In this document: positions 47,205 through 56,546 of the stretch, piece after piece | Layout: every line of letters starts with the position of its first letter | Numbering within the stretch: position 1 is the first letter of the stretch | Assembly: GCA_965226745.1 (NCBI GenBank) | Contig: CBDDDS010000005.1 | Coordinates: 18,389 to 82,388 of the forward strand | Direction of reading: 5' to 3' | Length of the DNA: 64,000 nt | From: Dehalococcoidia bacterium | GTDB taxonomy: Bacteria > Chloroflexota > Dehalococcoidia > Lucifugimonadales > SAR202-VII-2 | Program-made: the position numbers and the translations under genes | The notes under the pieces: model-generated | Seen by the model: the letters and a program-made list of their open reading frames with translations, nothing else | Told to the model about the DNA's origin: nothing | The model's database searches: none

Positions 47205-47240
47205 CCCTCCCTGCCCCCATAGTCGAGGGAAGGTTAGGAA
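47205..47240 (-). repeat. REP-like intergenic repeat, inverted orientation
   Basis: CCCTCCCTGCCCCCATAGTCGAGGGAAGGTTAGGAAGTG. Its reverse complement, CACTTCCTAACCTTCCCTCGACTATGGGGGCAGGGAGGG, matches the family unit. Confidence 0.7.
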
Positions 47241-47473
47241 GTGTCCCAACCTCGCCGCCGCCCCTAGCCTACTGGCCGCGCTGACCGCAGTGTAGCAGCA
47301 AGCGCCCAGCCTATCCACGCACGGGATTCGTTCATGGATTATCAGGGCCTTCGAACGCCGCCCCCGCTCACCGAGGGATGAAACATGCTCTACCCTGCAG
47401 CGAAGCATGCAGATGCTTTCAGCGCGGGTCTACTCATTGTTGTTCACTTCCTCTACCTAGTCGAAGCTGGGGT

Positions 47474-47749
47474 CTACCGGGGCGCCAGTAGTTCGCCGTA
47501 CCCGAGTTCGACTCGGCCGTCATCGACGTGTCTGAGCAACACGCGGATGTCAGAGCCATCCGGCGCCAACGTAACCAGCCTATCGAACGGGATGTACACC
47601 GCGATTCTGCTTCCATCAGGCGACCATGACGCGTAGCCCGGGGGTATGCCATAGTCCGAAAAGGAGATGAAGCCTGAGCCATCAACGTTCACCACGTGCC
47701 TCCCGTCGAGCAGCACGCTGCTTCCGTCCGGTGACACGCTGAGTTCGCT
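47474..47749 (-). pseudogene. PD40 beta-propeller gene fragment (C-terminal ~90 aa) truncated by the IS
   Basis: SELSVSPDGSSVLLDGRHVVNVDGSGFISFSDYGIPPGYASWSPDGSRIAVY...LVTLAPDGSDIRVLLRH... begins exactly at the left end of the IS. The upstream part of the tracked ORF is antisense to the IS. Confidence 0.6.
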
Positions 47750-47782
47750 TGACCTGCTCCCCGAAAACCGGTCCACGGATAA

Positions 47783-48082
47783 TTGGAGTCCTCCGGTCAA
47801 ACAGAGGAGGACAGCATGCGGAGGAGCAGGTTTACGGACGAGCAGATCATCGGGGTCCTGAGGGAGGCGGACGCGGGAGTGCCGACGGCCGAGGTATGCC
47901 GCCGACATGGTGTCTCACCGGGGACCTTCTACAACTGGAAGGCGCGGTTCGGCGGGATGGGCGTGAGCGAGGCGCGACGGCTGCGCCATCTGGATGAGGA
48001 GAACCGGAAGCTGAAGCAGCTGCTGGCGGAGGCGACGCTCGACAATCACGTCTTGCGGGAGCTGCTCCGAAAAAACGCATGA
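47783..48082 (+). CDS. IS3-family transposase OrfA (HTH)
   Basis: [48 protein letters not shown]...[14 protein letters not shown] is the typical IS3 OrfA HTH plus leucine zipper. Confidence 0.85.
   Translation: MESSGQTEEDSMRRSRFTDEQIIGVLREADAGVPTAEVCRRHGVSPGTFYNWKARFGGMGVSEARRLRHLDEENRKLKQLLAEATLDNHVLRELLRKNA
48070..48076 (+). promoter_or_regulatory. candidate -1 programmed ribosomal frameshift site (A AAA AAC)
   Basis: The X XXY YYZ heptamer is in the OrfA frame, just before the OrfA stop. OrfB is in the -1 frame. OrfA TGA and OrfB ATG overlap as ATGA. Confidence 0.6.
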
Positions 48083-48918
48083 CGCCTGCAACGCGACGGG
48101 AGACCATGCACCGTGTCCAGGAGCGGTGGGGCTTCAGCGAGCGTCGCGCCTGCAGGCTGATGGGTATCCACCGATCGGTGGCCCGCTATAGGCGGGTGGG
48201 CAGCGACGCACCCGAACTCCTCAAGCGACTGCGCTCGCTCGCCGCGGAGCGGCGGCGCTTCGGGTATCGCCGGTTGTGGGTGTTGTTGCGCCGGGAGGGG
48301 TTCGGCGTGAACCACAAGCGGGTCTACCGGCTCTATCGGGAGGAGGGGCTGTCCGTCCGGCGTCGGAAGCGCAAGCGGATGGCGGGCATCGCTCGCGTCC
48401 CCACGATGGCGCCCGAGCGCCCGAACCAGCGGTGGTCGATGGACTTCGTGTCCGATGCGCTCGCCAGTGGCCGGCGGATACGAGTGCTGACGGTGATTGA
48501 CGACTTCACTCGGGAGAGCCTGCCCATGGAGGTGGACACGTCGTTGCCCGGCCTCCGCGTGACAAGGGTGTTGGACAGGCTGGCCATCGACCGTGGCCTG
48601 CCGGAGCTGATCACCGTAGACAACGGCCCTGAATTCGCCGGGAGGATTCTGGACGCTTGGGCGTATGCACATGGGGTGCATCTGCACTTCATCGATCCGG
48701 GCAAGCCCGTGCAGAATGCGTACATCGAGAGCTTCAACGGGCGGCTTCGCGACGAGTGCCTCAACGAGCACTGGTTCATGAGTCTTCCTGCGGCCCGGAA
48801 CATCGTCGAGCGCTGGCGGGACGACTACAATGCTGTCCGGCCCCACAGCGCACTGGGCAACCGGACGCCCGAGGAGTTCGCACAACAGGTGGCTAGGAAT
48901 ACGCCGGTCGGACTCTAA
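48079..48918 (+). CDS. IS3-family transposase OrfB (DDE/rve integrase core)
   Basis: [10 protein letters not shown] (D), [12 protein letters not shown] (D) and [23 protein letters not shown] (E) give the rve-type catalytic triad context. Confidence 0.9.
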   Translation: MTPATRRETMHRVQERWGFSERRACRLMGIHRSVARYRRVGSDAPELLKRLRSLAAERRRFGYRRLWVLLRREGFGVNHKRVYRLYREEGLSVRRRKRKRMAGIARVPTMAPERPNQRWSMDFVSDALASGRRIRVLTVIDDFTRESLPMEVDTSLPGLRVTRVLDRLAIDRGLPELITVDNGPEFAGRILDAWAYAHGVHLHFIDPGKPVQNAYIESFNGRLRDECLNEHWFMSLPAARNIVERWRDDYNAVRPHSALGNRTPEEFAQQVARNTPVGL

Positions 48919-48950
48919 GAATACTTGGACCTAATTCAGGGGGCAGGTCA

Positions 48951-49401
48951 GCCGGCAGACGACTACATATACTTCATAGGGTGGCGCTATTCAGGCGGAT
49001 TGTTGAGGGTCACCCTTAATTCTGTTCGCAGCGACGGCTCTGATGAGCGCGAGCTCGTCAACCTCACTGATTTTCGCGAAGCCGACCAACTCAGCGTGAG
49101 GGAGATCAGCCTGTCACCCGACGGTAGCAGCTTGCTGCTCGACGGGAGGCACGTGGTCAACGTTGATGGCACAGGCTTCATCTCCCTTGGGAACTATGGC
49201 TTAGGCCCAGGTTATGCGTCATGGTCGCCTGATGGGAGCAGAATCACAGTGTACTACAACCCGAAGGTGGACGGGAGGTTGATCTGGAGGAGCATTGCGC
49301 TGGTTACGTTGGCCCCGGATGGCTCTGATGTCCGCGTGTTGCTCAGATACGGTAAAGACGGGCTCGAACTCGGGTACGGCGGACCACCGAATCCTCGGTA
49401 G
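48951..49401 (+). pseudogene. PD40 beta-propeller gene fragment (N-terminally truncated by the IS)
   Basis: ...PADDYIYFIGWRYSGG...ISLSPDGSSLLLDGRHVVNVDGTGFISLGNYGLGPGYASWSPDGSRITVY...LVTLAPDGSDVRVLLRY.... The reading frame enters from inside the right IS repeat, and there is no signal peptide. Confidence 0.6.
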
Positions 49402-49480
49402 ACCCTAGCGCCGGCACAGCTCCCGGACGTTTGCTCCCTATCGCAGCGCAAGTGCGACGAACTCATGCTTCAGGGACATC
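49402..49480 (-). pseudogene. remnant of an IS481-like transposase 5' end
   Basis: The reverse strand reads MSLKHEFVALALR*GANVRELCRR*. This resembles the MS.K.EFV.LA.EGANVS.LCRRFGIS N-terminus of IS481-type transposases but has two in-frame stops and no downstream body. Confidence 0.35.
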
Positions 49481-49609
49481 GCTGAGGACTCCTTCCAGGG
49501 TATGGCGCACCTCCTGCCGCCCGGTTGGCGGACACAAGGTGTAAACCATGTCCCCGAACAGGTGTAAAGGATGTCCCAGGTCTGTACAGGGGGGCGGGGG
49601 GGGGCAACG

Positions 49610-50083
49610 TCATCTCCTCCGTCGCCGCTGATGAGGCTTATGCCGCCGCCGGCCAAAACCAAGTCCTCGGACGATGAGTGTTACCAGCACTTTCCCCAGG
49701 CCCTTGCCCACGACCTTGGCTACCCGCCCGAACGAAGCCGCCTTCTCGCGGCGCCAGTATGGGATTGGGTTAAGGCCGGTGAGTGCCTGGAAGCGCGGCG
49801 AGCGCTGGTCGCGCAAATTCTTCAGTGCAGCTTCGAAACTCGCTGCGTCTGCGCGGGTTGAGAACTTACGAGAGGTCCAAACACGTTTGGGGTGTCCTCC
49901 AGCGGTGGACGGAACCTCACCCTTCTGATGTGCTCGTATCCGCTCTCTGAGGTTCCCAGTATGGCCAACGTAATGGCCATAGTCGGTATTGAGCACGTAG
50001 ACAAAGTATTTTCGGTTAGAGATAGCAGCGTCGCGCTCGTCTTGCTCGCGTCCCAGGTCCTCCGGTTCATGCCAATTCCTCAT
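49610..50083 (-). CDS. GIY-YIG nuclease domain protein with a basic C-terminal tail
   Basis: Start moved to the ATG at 50083. KYFVYVLNTDYGHYVGHTGNLRERIRAHQ... matches the GIY-YIG core. The locus has lower GC content. Confidence 0.6.
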   Translation of the reverse strand: MRNWHEPEDLGREQDERDAAISNRKYFVYVLNTDYGHYVGHTGNLRERIRAHQKGEVPSTAGGHPKRVWTSRKFSTRADAASFEAALKNLRDQRSPRFQALTGLNPIPYWRREKAASFGRVAKVVGKGLGKVLVTLIVRGLGFGRRRHKPHQRRRRR

Positions 50084-50247
50084 TCTTCCCCTACCCTGTC
50101 CATCGCCAGGTGAAGGCGTCCTCGGTCTGCCGCTGCCAGCCCGGCAGGGCGTGGGCGTAGATGTCCTTTCCCGGCCTGTTCGAGTTGGCCTCAGGCTTTG
50201 AGTCCCATGAGGAAGACGCGGAGACTCGAGCCTCACCCCTACGGAGG

Positions 50248-51501
50248 CTACGCGCCCTCCAGGGACGAGGCTAGGCCGCCAGCCGGCTCACTCTCAAGGG
50301 GCGCGTACTCCGCGTTGCGAAGCCGCTCCCGCACCTCCTCGGCATGGGCGTCGTTCCTCGTCTCCAGGGTAAGCTGGATCTCCACCTGGCCCAAGTGCAC
50401 CGATGGGGCATGCCTGAGATGGCCTATGTCCAGCACATTCGCCTCGGCGCCGGACACGATGTTGAGCAGATGATTCAGCTGACCGGGGCGGTCCTCCACC
50501 ATGATGCGCAGCACGAGGTAGCGACCTGCGTGGGCCAGGCCGTGCTCCATGACCCGCGCTATCAGGTGTGTGTCCACGTTGCCACCGCTAAGCACCACCG
50601 CCACCCTCTTCCCTGCGACCTCGATTTTGCCTCCCAGCACGGCCGCAAATCCGACCGCGCCGGCCCCTTCCACGAGCAGCTTGCCTCTCTCCAAGAGCAG
50701 CATCATGGCCTGCGTGATTTCATCTTCCTCAACCACGACCATGTCGTCCACGTAGCGTGAAACCAGGGGAAGGGTGATCTTGCCAGGCGTGCCCACGGCA
50801 ATGCCATCGGCCACAGTGGGCTGCCCCTTCACGGTCACGCGCCGGTTGGCCTTGTACGAATCGACAACGGCGGTGGCTGCCGCAGCCTGCACTCCTATCA
50901 CCCTGATTCCAGGCGCCGTCTCCTTTATGGCCAGGCCGATACCCGATATCAGGCCTCCCCCTCCCGCGGGCACTACGACCGCGTCCAAGTCCTCCACCTG
51001 CTCAAGCATCTCCAGGCCGATGGTCCCCTGCCCCGCAACTATTGCCGGGTCGTCGAAGGCGGGGATGAAGGTCATGCCGTTCTCCCGCATGATGCGCCGG
51101 GCGTGTCTCTGCGCCTGGTCGAAGTCATCGCCCTGGAGGAGCACCGTTGCGCCATAGCCCCGGGTGGCCTCCACCTTGGGGAGGGAAGCGCCCGTGGGCA
51201 TTACGATGGTGCATGGTATGTCAAGATTGGCGGCCGCCAAGGCGACTCCCTGGGCGTGGTTGCCGGCGCTGGCGGCAATTACGCCCCTGGCCTTCTGGTC
51301 CGGAGTCAAGGCGGCGATTTTGTTGGCGGCGCCTCGGACCTTGAAAGAGCCCGCCCTCTGAAGGTTCTCGGCCTTCAGGAAAAGCTCACACCCCGCCATC
51401 TGGCCCAGGGAGCGCGCAGGCAACATGGGAGTCCTGAGCGCCAGGTGAGCGATAGCGCTCTGGGCCCGGCGGACGTCCTGCAGAGTTACAGACGGCCTCA
51501 T
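50248..51501 (-). CDS. ilvA: threonine ammonia-lyase (threonine dehydratase)
   Basis: ...FLKAENLQRAGSFKVRGAANK... (PLP Lys), ...GNHAQGVALAA..., ...VPAGGGGLISG..., and a single C-terminal ACT-like domain. Confidence 0.9.
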   Translation of the reverse strand: MRPSVTLQDVRRAQSAIAHLALRTPMLPARSLGQMAGCELFLKAENLQRAGSFKVRGAANKIAALTPDQKARGVIAASAGNHAQGVALAAANLDIPCTIVMPTGASLPKVEATRGYGATVLLQGDDFDQAQRHARRIMRENGMTFIPAFDDPAIVAGQGTIGLEMLEQVEDLDAVVVPAGGGGLISGIGLAIKETAPGIRVIGVQAAAATAVVDSYKANRRVTVKGQPTVADGIAVGTPGKITLPLVSRYVDDMVVVEEDEITQAMMLLLERGKLLVEGAGAVGFAAVLGGKIEVAGKRVAVVLSGGNVDTHLIARVMEHGLAHAGRYLVLRIMVEDRPGQLNHLLNIVSGAEANVLDIGHLRHAPSVHLGQVEIQLTLETRNDAHAEEVRERLRNAEYAPLESEPAGGLASSLEGA

Positions 51502-51627
51502 CTTCGACCCCCTGTGGCGAGTGGTGCGACGCGGTGGAGACGTTGGCGCGGCCTAAGCCGCTTGCTCACCGCTGCGATGCTCTGGCCCCAACCCGCCTTC
51601 ACGGCGCGTTGGGCGCGAGCCTCCGCC

Positions 51628-53235
51628 CTAGTGAATACGCTTCTCCATGCCCTGCCACTCCCTATCCCTAAGCACGTACTTCTGGATTTTGCCTGTGGCC
51701 GTCTTGGGCAGGTCGCCGAATTCCACGTACTTTGGGGCCTTGAAGTGGGCGATGCGCTCCCTGGTGAAGCTGATAACATCCTCGGCGGTGATTGCCGCCT
51801 CGGGCCGGGGAATCACGAAGGCCTTGGGGACCTCGCCCCAATGCTCGTCCGGGACGCCAATGACACATGCCTCCAGCACCCCGGGGTGCTCCATGATCAC
51901 CTTCTCCACCTGCTGGCTGGAGATATTCTCGCCGCCGGAGATGATGATGTCCTTGGCCCGGTCCTGGAGTTCTATGTAGCCGTCCGGGTGCCACACCGCC
52001 AGGTCCCCAGAGTGGAACCAGTCCCCGTGGAACGCCGTTGCCGTCGCCTCCGGGTCCAGGTAGTACCCCTGCATGACGTTGTTGCCCTGCATGACCACTT
52101 CGCCGATGGTCTGGCTATCCCGCGGGACGTCGTTCATTTCCGAGTCCACGACCCTCAGCCCAGTGCCGGCGATGATGTACGGCGCCCCCTGCCGGGCCTT
52201 GATGGAAGCCAGCTCGCCGGAATCCAGGCCCTCCCAGTGCGGTTGAGCAGCGCAAATCGTGTGGGGGCCGTAGGTCTCGGTCAGGCCGTAGATGTGCTGG
52301 ATGGTCGCCCCCATGCCCTCCATCGTCCGGATGACCTGCGGGGCGGGCGGAGCGCCCGCCGTGGCGATGGTCAGGCCAGTCAGGTCCTGTCCCTTGGCCG
52401 CCGGAGAGGAGTACATGGAAACGAGCACGGTGGGAGCGGCGCACATGTGGGTGATCCCCCGCTCCCGTATCAGGCGATAGACCTCTTCCACCTCCACCCG
52501 CCGCAGGCAGACGTTCGTCCCGCCCACCGCGGTGACCGCCCACGTGAAGCACCAACCGTTGGCGTGGAACATCGGCAGCGTCCATAGGTAGGAGCTGCGA
52601 GGCGTGAGACCCATTTCCAGGCACTCGCCGAGGGCGTTCAGGTAGGCGCCCCGGCCTGCATACTGCACCCCCTTGGGCGCGCCGGTTGTGCCCGACGTGT
52701 AATTGATCGTGATGAGGTCCCACTCGGAAACCACACCGTCCCCAGCCGCGCCCGGCGGGGCCGAGGCCAGGAACGACTCGTAATCGGGGCCGGGGATGTC
52801 ATCTGCCTTGGGGGCCGCGTCGACGACCTGCACATAGGTCTTCACCGATAGCACCTGCTCCCGGAACTCCCTCACGACGGGCGCGTACTCGGAGTCGAAG
52901 ACGAGGGCCTTGGCCTCGCAGTGGTCCAAGATGTAGGCGATTTCGGCGGCGGACAGCCTGTAATTCAGGGCCACGAGAACTGCGCCGATGCCCATCGGAC
53001 CAAAGTGGGCTTCCAGCATGGCCGGAACGTTGGGCAACAGGAACGCCACCCGGTCTCCCCGGCCAATGCCGGCCTGCCGAAGGGCCCCGCCCAGCCTGTG
53101 CGCCCGCTCCGAGAACTGGCTGTAGGTGAATACCTGGTCGTTGTAGACGATGGCCGGCTTGTCCGGATAGACGAACGCGCTCCGCTCCAGAAAGTCGACA
53201 GGGCTGAGCGGCCTGCTGAACACCTTGTCCGTCAT
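51628..53235 (-). CDS. AMP-dependent acyl-CoA synthetase/ligase
   Basis: Start moved to the ATG at 53235 after GAGGAGG. AMP-binding motif YTSGTTGAPKGV, plus ...YGLTET..., ...GDLAVWHPDGYIELQDRAKDIIISGGENI... and ...KTATGKIQK. Confidence 0.85.
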   Translation of the reverse strand: MTDKVFSRPLSPVDFLERSAFVYPDKPAIVYNDQVFTYSQFSERAHRLGGALRQAGIGRGDRVAFLLPNVPAMLEAHFGPMGIGAVLVALNYRLSAAEIAYILDHCEAKALVFDSEYAPVVREFREQVLSVKTYVQVVDAAPKADDIPGPDYESFLASAPPGAAGDGVVSEWDLITINYTSGTTGAPKGVQYAGRGAYLNALGECLEMGLTPRSSYLWTLPMFHANGWCFTWAVTAVGGTNVCLRRVEVEEVYRLIRERGITHMCAAPTVLVSMYSSPAAKGQDLTGLTIATAGAPPAPQVIRTMEGMGATIQHIYGLTETYGPHTICAAQPHWEGLDSGELASIKARQGAPYIIAGTGLRVVDSEMNDVPRDSQTIGEVVMQGNNVMQGYYLDPEATATAFHGDWFHSGDLAVWHPDGYIELQDRAKDIIISGGENISSQQVEKVIMEHPGVLEACVIGVPDEHWGEVPKAFVIPRPEAAITAEDVISFTRERIAHFKAPKYVEFGDLPKTATGKIQKYVLRDREWQGMEKRIH

Positions 53236-53534
53236 GAACGCCTCCTCAACCGCGCTGGCTGCCCGCCGAGCGTCCGCCCGGCGGCGCGGCTGTAGTATAA
53301 GGCCAAGGAGCGGGAACAAACGAGCGTTGTCAGAAGCCTCGCGGGCAAGAGCGCTGCCCCGGGCGGCGGCGCGGCGATGGGCGGTTGCTTGGCGTCGCCC
53401 TACCGCTCCGGCGCATGGGAAGTATCGGTAGCGCAAAGGTCGAACGAGAACGCGGTTCCCACGCCAATCGCGCACTCAGCCCAATCGGACCCATGGGCCA
53501 TCGCGAGCTGGCGGGCTGCGGTTAGGCCCCAGCC

Positions 53535-55229
53535 CTAGGAGATCCCAACAACCTCGGCTATGACCTCATCCGCCAGCCCGTACACGTCCTTCGCCGCCTG
53601 GGCTGAGATGAAACCGGCTTCCAGGTCCTCAATGACCCGCTCGCGGTCCCGCTCCTTGGGCGACCCCACGCCACCGCCGCCGCCGGGCTCCAGACGAAGC
53701 ACATCGCCGTTGCCGACCGCCAGGCCAGAGACCGGATGGTCATACTTCTGCTCGTCGGCGGCGCCGGGATTGACGAAGACATAGCCCAGTTTCCCTTCAT
53801 CGCCTCCCGCCACTCCCGAAGAGGGACGCCGCGCCGACCCGCCCGTGAACTTCGAGTTGCCCTGGATGAGGTAGTCCCTGCGGTAACCCAAGCCGCCCCG
53901 GAACTTGCCGGGGCCGCCGGAGTCCGACACCACCTCGAAATTCAGTATCTTAATGTCGAACTCCGACTCCACAATCTCAACGCTGGTGAATTTGGCTCCG
54001 CCGCTCCAACCGTGGCCGGAACCGGACCAGCCGTCCCCGCCGTCGTGCGCAGGGCCCCCGGGGGACAGCAGCTCGTACTGGACGTAGGGCCGGCTGCCCT
54101 CCGACATGTGGCTGATGATGGTCGAGCATTGCTGACCGGAGTACGCGATGATCGGACGCCCCGCCGCCTGGCTCACCGCCGAGTACACCATCGTGGAGAC
54201 GCCGGGCATCGTCTGAGAGTAGTACCCCACCGGAGCGGGAAACATCGGGTCCAAAATGCTGCCCTCGCGGAAGCGGCACTCCACGGTGTCGGCCAGCGCG
54301 TAGTTGTTGGGCATCGAAGGGTCTATCACCGCCAGCACTGCATGATAGGCCACTCCCCTGGCGAAGGGGGGCCGGATGTTGATGGGGCCCGCGCTCTGGT
54401 CGCCGGAAGCGGAGAAATCCAACACGACCCGTTCCCCCTCCTTGATCACGGCCACGTGGAGCTTGATGTAGACGCCTGGATTCACGATGTCCTCGATGGA
54501 GCCTTCCATCTCCGTGACTCCGTCCGGCCAGGAGGCCACCTCCTGGCGAATCCGATCCGCAGTCCGGGACGCGATGTGCTCGAAGGCCGAAAGCACCACG
54601 TCCTTGCCGTAGTTGTCCATCAGGTCCTGCAGCCGCTGCACGCCCATCGTCTGAAGCGCCCCCGCCTGCGCGCCGAGGTCGCCCAGCACAAGGTGGGGCG
54701 TCCGGCTGTTGGCGGTGAGGAAATGCTCCGTCTCCTTCACGCGCTTGCCCTTGCTCAGGAACTTCACCGGCAGGATATGCAGACCCTCGCCGAACACGTC
54801 CCTGGCCTGGGAGTTGCGGCTCCCCGGCGATACGCCCCCAATGTCGCTCTTGTGGCCCATGCTGGCAAAGAAGGCCACAACTTCCCCGTCATAGAAGGCC
54901 GGGGCCACCACCACCATGTCCATGGGATGCGGCACCCCGCTGTAGTAGGGATGGTTGCTCAGGAAGCAGTCGCCTTCCTCCATCTCATCCATGTCGTAGA
55001 ACTGGAGGACGCCCTTGACGCAGTCGGGGTAGGCGCCCAGGTGCGGCGGCAGCCCGGAGTACTGGCCGATCACCCGGCCCTGCCTGTCCAGGATGCCGCA
55101 ACTGAAGTCGTGCGACTCCCGGATGATGGTGGAGAAGCCCGTTCGAAGCACCGCCACTTCCATCTCCCGCACTATGCCGTCAAGACGAGCCTGGATGACT
55201 TCCTGGGTGATCACGTCTACGTCAACCAT
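53535..55229 (-). CDS. hydantoinase B/oxoprolinase-family protein
   Basis: ...REMEVAVLRTGFSTIIRESHDFSCGILD..., ...NHPYYSGVPHPMDMVVVAPAF... and ...EPGGGGGVGSPKERD.... It is a paralog of 13163-14983. Confidence 0.85.
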   Translation of the reverse strand: MVDVDVITQEVIQARLDGIVREMEVAVLRTGFSTIIRESHDFSCGILDRQGRVIGQYSGLPPHLGAYPDCVKGVLQFYDMDEMEEGDCFLSNHPYYSGVPHPMDMVVVAPAFYDGEVVAFFASMGHKSDIGGVSPGSRNSQARDVFGEGLHILPVKFLSKGKRVKETEHFLTANSRTPHLVLGDLGAQAGALQTMGVQRLQDLMDNYGKDVVLSAFEHIASRTADRIRQEVASWPDGVTEMEGSIEDIVNPGVYIKLHVAVIKEGERVVLDFSASGDQSAGPINIRPPFARGVAYHAVLAVIDPSMPNNYALADTVECRFREGSILDPMFPAPVGYYSQTMPGVSTMVYSAVSQAAGRPIIAYSGQQCSTIISHMSEGSRPYVQYELLSPGGPAHDGGDGWSGSGHGWSGGAKFTSVEIVESEFDIKILNFEVVSDSGGPGKFRGGLGYRRDYLIQGNSKFTGGSARRPSSGVAGGDEGKLGYVFVNPGAADEQKYDHPVSGLAVGNGDVLRLEPGGGGGVGSPKERDRERVIEDLEAGFISAQAAKDVYGLADEVIAEVVGIS

Positions 55230-55412
55230 TGATTTCCTCCGCGTTGTCTTTTCGCTGCCGCTTGGGGCCGGTCAAGTCCCGCCCTCGTCCCCCACCTCGC
55301 TCCGCCCCGGTTTCCCGGATTGTACCAGAACACCCCCCGCGCGTTCGCTGGACACGCGCGGGGCCGCTCACTATGATGACCTCAACCGCCTTGCAGCTAA
55401 GATCGGAGGCGT

Positions 55413-56456
55413 GTGCTCATCGACTGCGATACCCACTTTCTGCCCCGTTCCTGGCTCGACCGCGTCGATCCGGCCCTGATCGGCGGCGCTATCGCCATCG
55501 AGTGGAACGGCGGGGACGGCGCGTTCTACCGCCACGGCCGGCGCGTCATGAACTTCGAGGAAAGCGTCTGGAACCTGGAGAAACGCATCCCCAGCATGCA
55601 GCAGGATGGGTTCGACCTCCAGGTGCTCATCCCGGAAAACCGGCCCCTCATCTACGAAACGGAGCGCGACCTGGGCTGCGCCCTTGCCAGGGCCTACAAT
55701 GACGCCGCGGCCGAGGACCTGAAGGCGGGCGGCCCGTTCTACGGCGTGGCCTGGGTGTATCTGCCGGACACGGAAGAAGCCATCGCCGAGATGGTGCGGG
55801 CCGTGACCGTCCTCGGATTGAAGGCCGTCAAGCTCATGGGCGGCTACAACTCCGTCCACCTGGGCAGCCCCGAGTTGCAGCCCTTCTACGCCAAAGCCGC
55901 CGAACTGGACGTCCCCCTGCTGCTCCATCCACCCGCCCGCACCTATGACGACCAGCCCATCAACCCGTTGCTGGCCGGGGCATCCAGCTTCCCGCCGGAG
56001 TACTGGTTCCTGTCTTCGGCCTACGGGTTCCCGTTCACCTACATGGTGGCCATCGCCAACCTCATCTTCAGCGGCGCCATGGACCGCTTCCCCACCCTCC
56101 GTTTCGGCTTCTTCGAGGCCGGGGCTGAGTGGGTGCCGTATGCCATGGACCGCCTCGATGTCTACTACGACGACCACTACCGCCGCGGAACCGAGGTGGT
56201 GACCAGGCTCAAGCACACGCCATCGGAGTACTTCTCCAGGTTCTACGTGGCTGTGCTGTCGCGTGAGCGGCGCCTCCCTGCCCTGCTCCAGCAGCTACCG
56301 GACCACCGCCTTATCGTGGGCAGCGACTTCCCTCACCAGGACCCCAGCGGCACCTGGCCAAACACCCTCGCGGAGCTTCGCGCCATGGACGGTTTCGCTC
56401 CCGGAGACCTTGACGCCATGCTCGACGCCAACCCCCGCTCCTTCCTCGGTCTGTAG
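55413..56456 (+). CDS. amidohydrolase-2 family metal-dependent hydrolase
   Basis: GTG start after GGAGG. N-terminal LIDCDTHF and C-terminal GSDFPHQD. Confidence 0.8.
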   Translation: MLIDCDTHFLPRSWLDRVDPALIGGAIAIEWNGGDGAFYRHGRRVMNFEESVWNLEKRIPSMQQDGFDLQVLIPENRPLIYETERDLGCALARAYNDAAAEDLKAGGPFYGVAWVYLPDTEEAIAEMVRAVTVLGLKAVKLMGGYNSVHLGSPELQPFYAKAAELDVPLLLHPPARTYDDQPINPLLAGASSFPPEYWFLSSAYGFPFTYMVAIANLIFSGAMDRFPTLRFGFFEAGAEWVPYAMDRLDVYYDDHYRRGTEVVTRLKHTPSEYFSRFYVAVLSRERRLPALLQQLPDHRLIVGSDFPHQDPSGTWPNTLAELRAMDGFAPGDLDAMLDANPRSFLGL

Positions 56457-56546
56457 CGCCGCAGAGCGCCGACGGCAGGGCGACGCCCCCGCAGTCGCGG
56501 GGGCGTTAGGATGCCGGGCGCCCGACAACCTCTCTGGGGACTACGG

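Larger units (their letters stand above)
47750..48950 (+). mobile_element. IS3-family insertion sequence (IS407-group-like organisation), about 1.2 kb
   Basis: The imperfect terminal inverted repeats are TGACCTGCTCCCCGAAAACCGGTCCACGGATAATTGGAGTCC (left) and TGACCTGCCCCCTGAATTAGGTCCAAGTATTCTTAGAGTCC (reverse complement of the right end). There are two overlapping ORFs with a slippery site. The flanking 4-mers CGCT and GCCG differ, so there is no target-site duplication. Confidence 0.85.

Noticed and set aside
53236-53534. A promoter for the acyl-CoA synthetase gene (TATACT at about 53297-53302 on the reverse strand).
   Set aside because: The -10-like hexamer lacks a convincingly spaced -35 element. 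The candidates are 14 or 27 nt away, so it is not reported as a feature.
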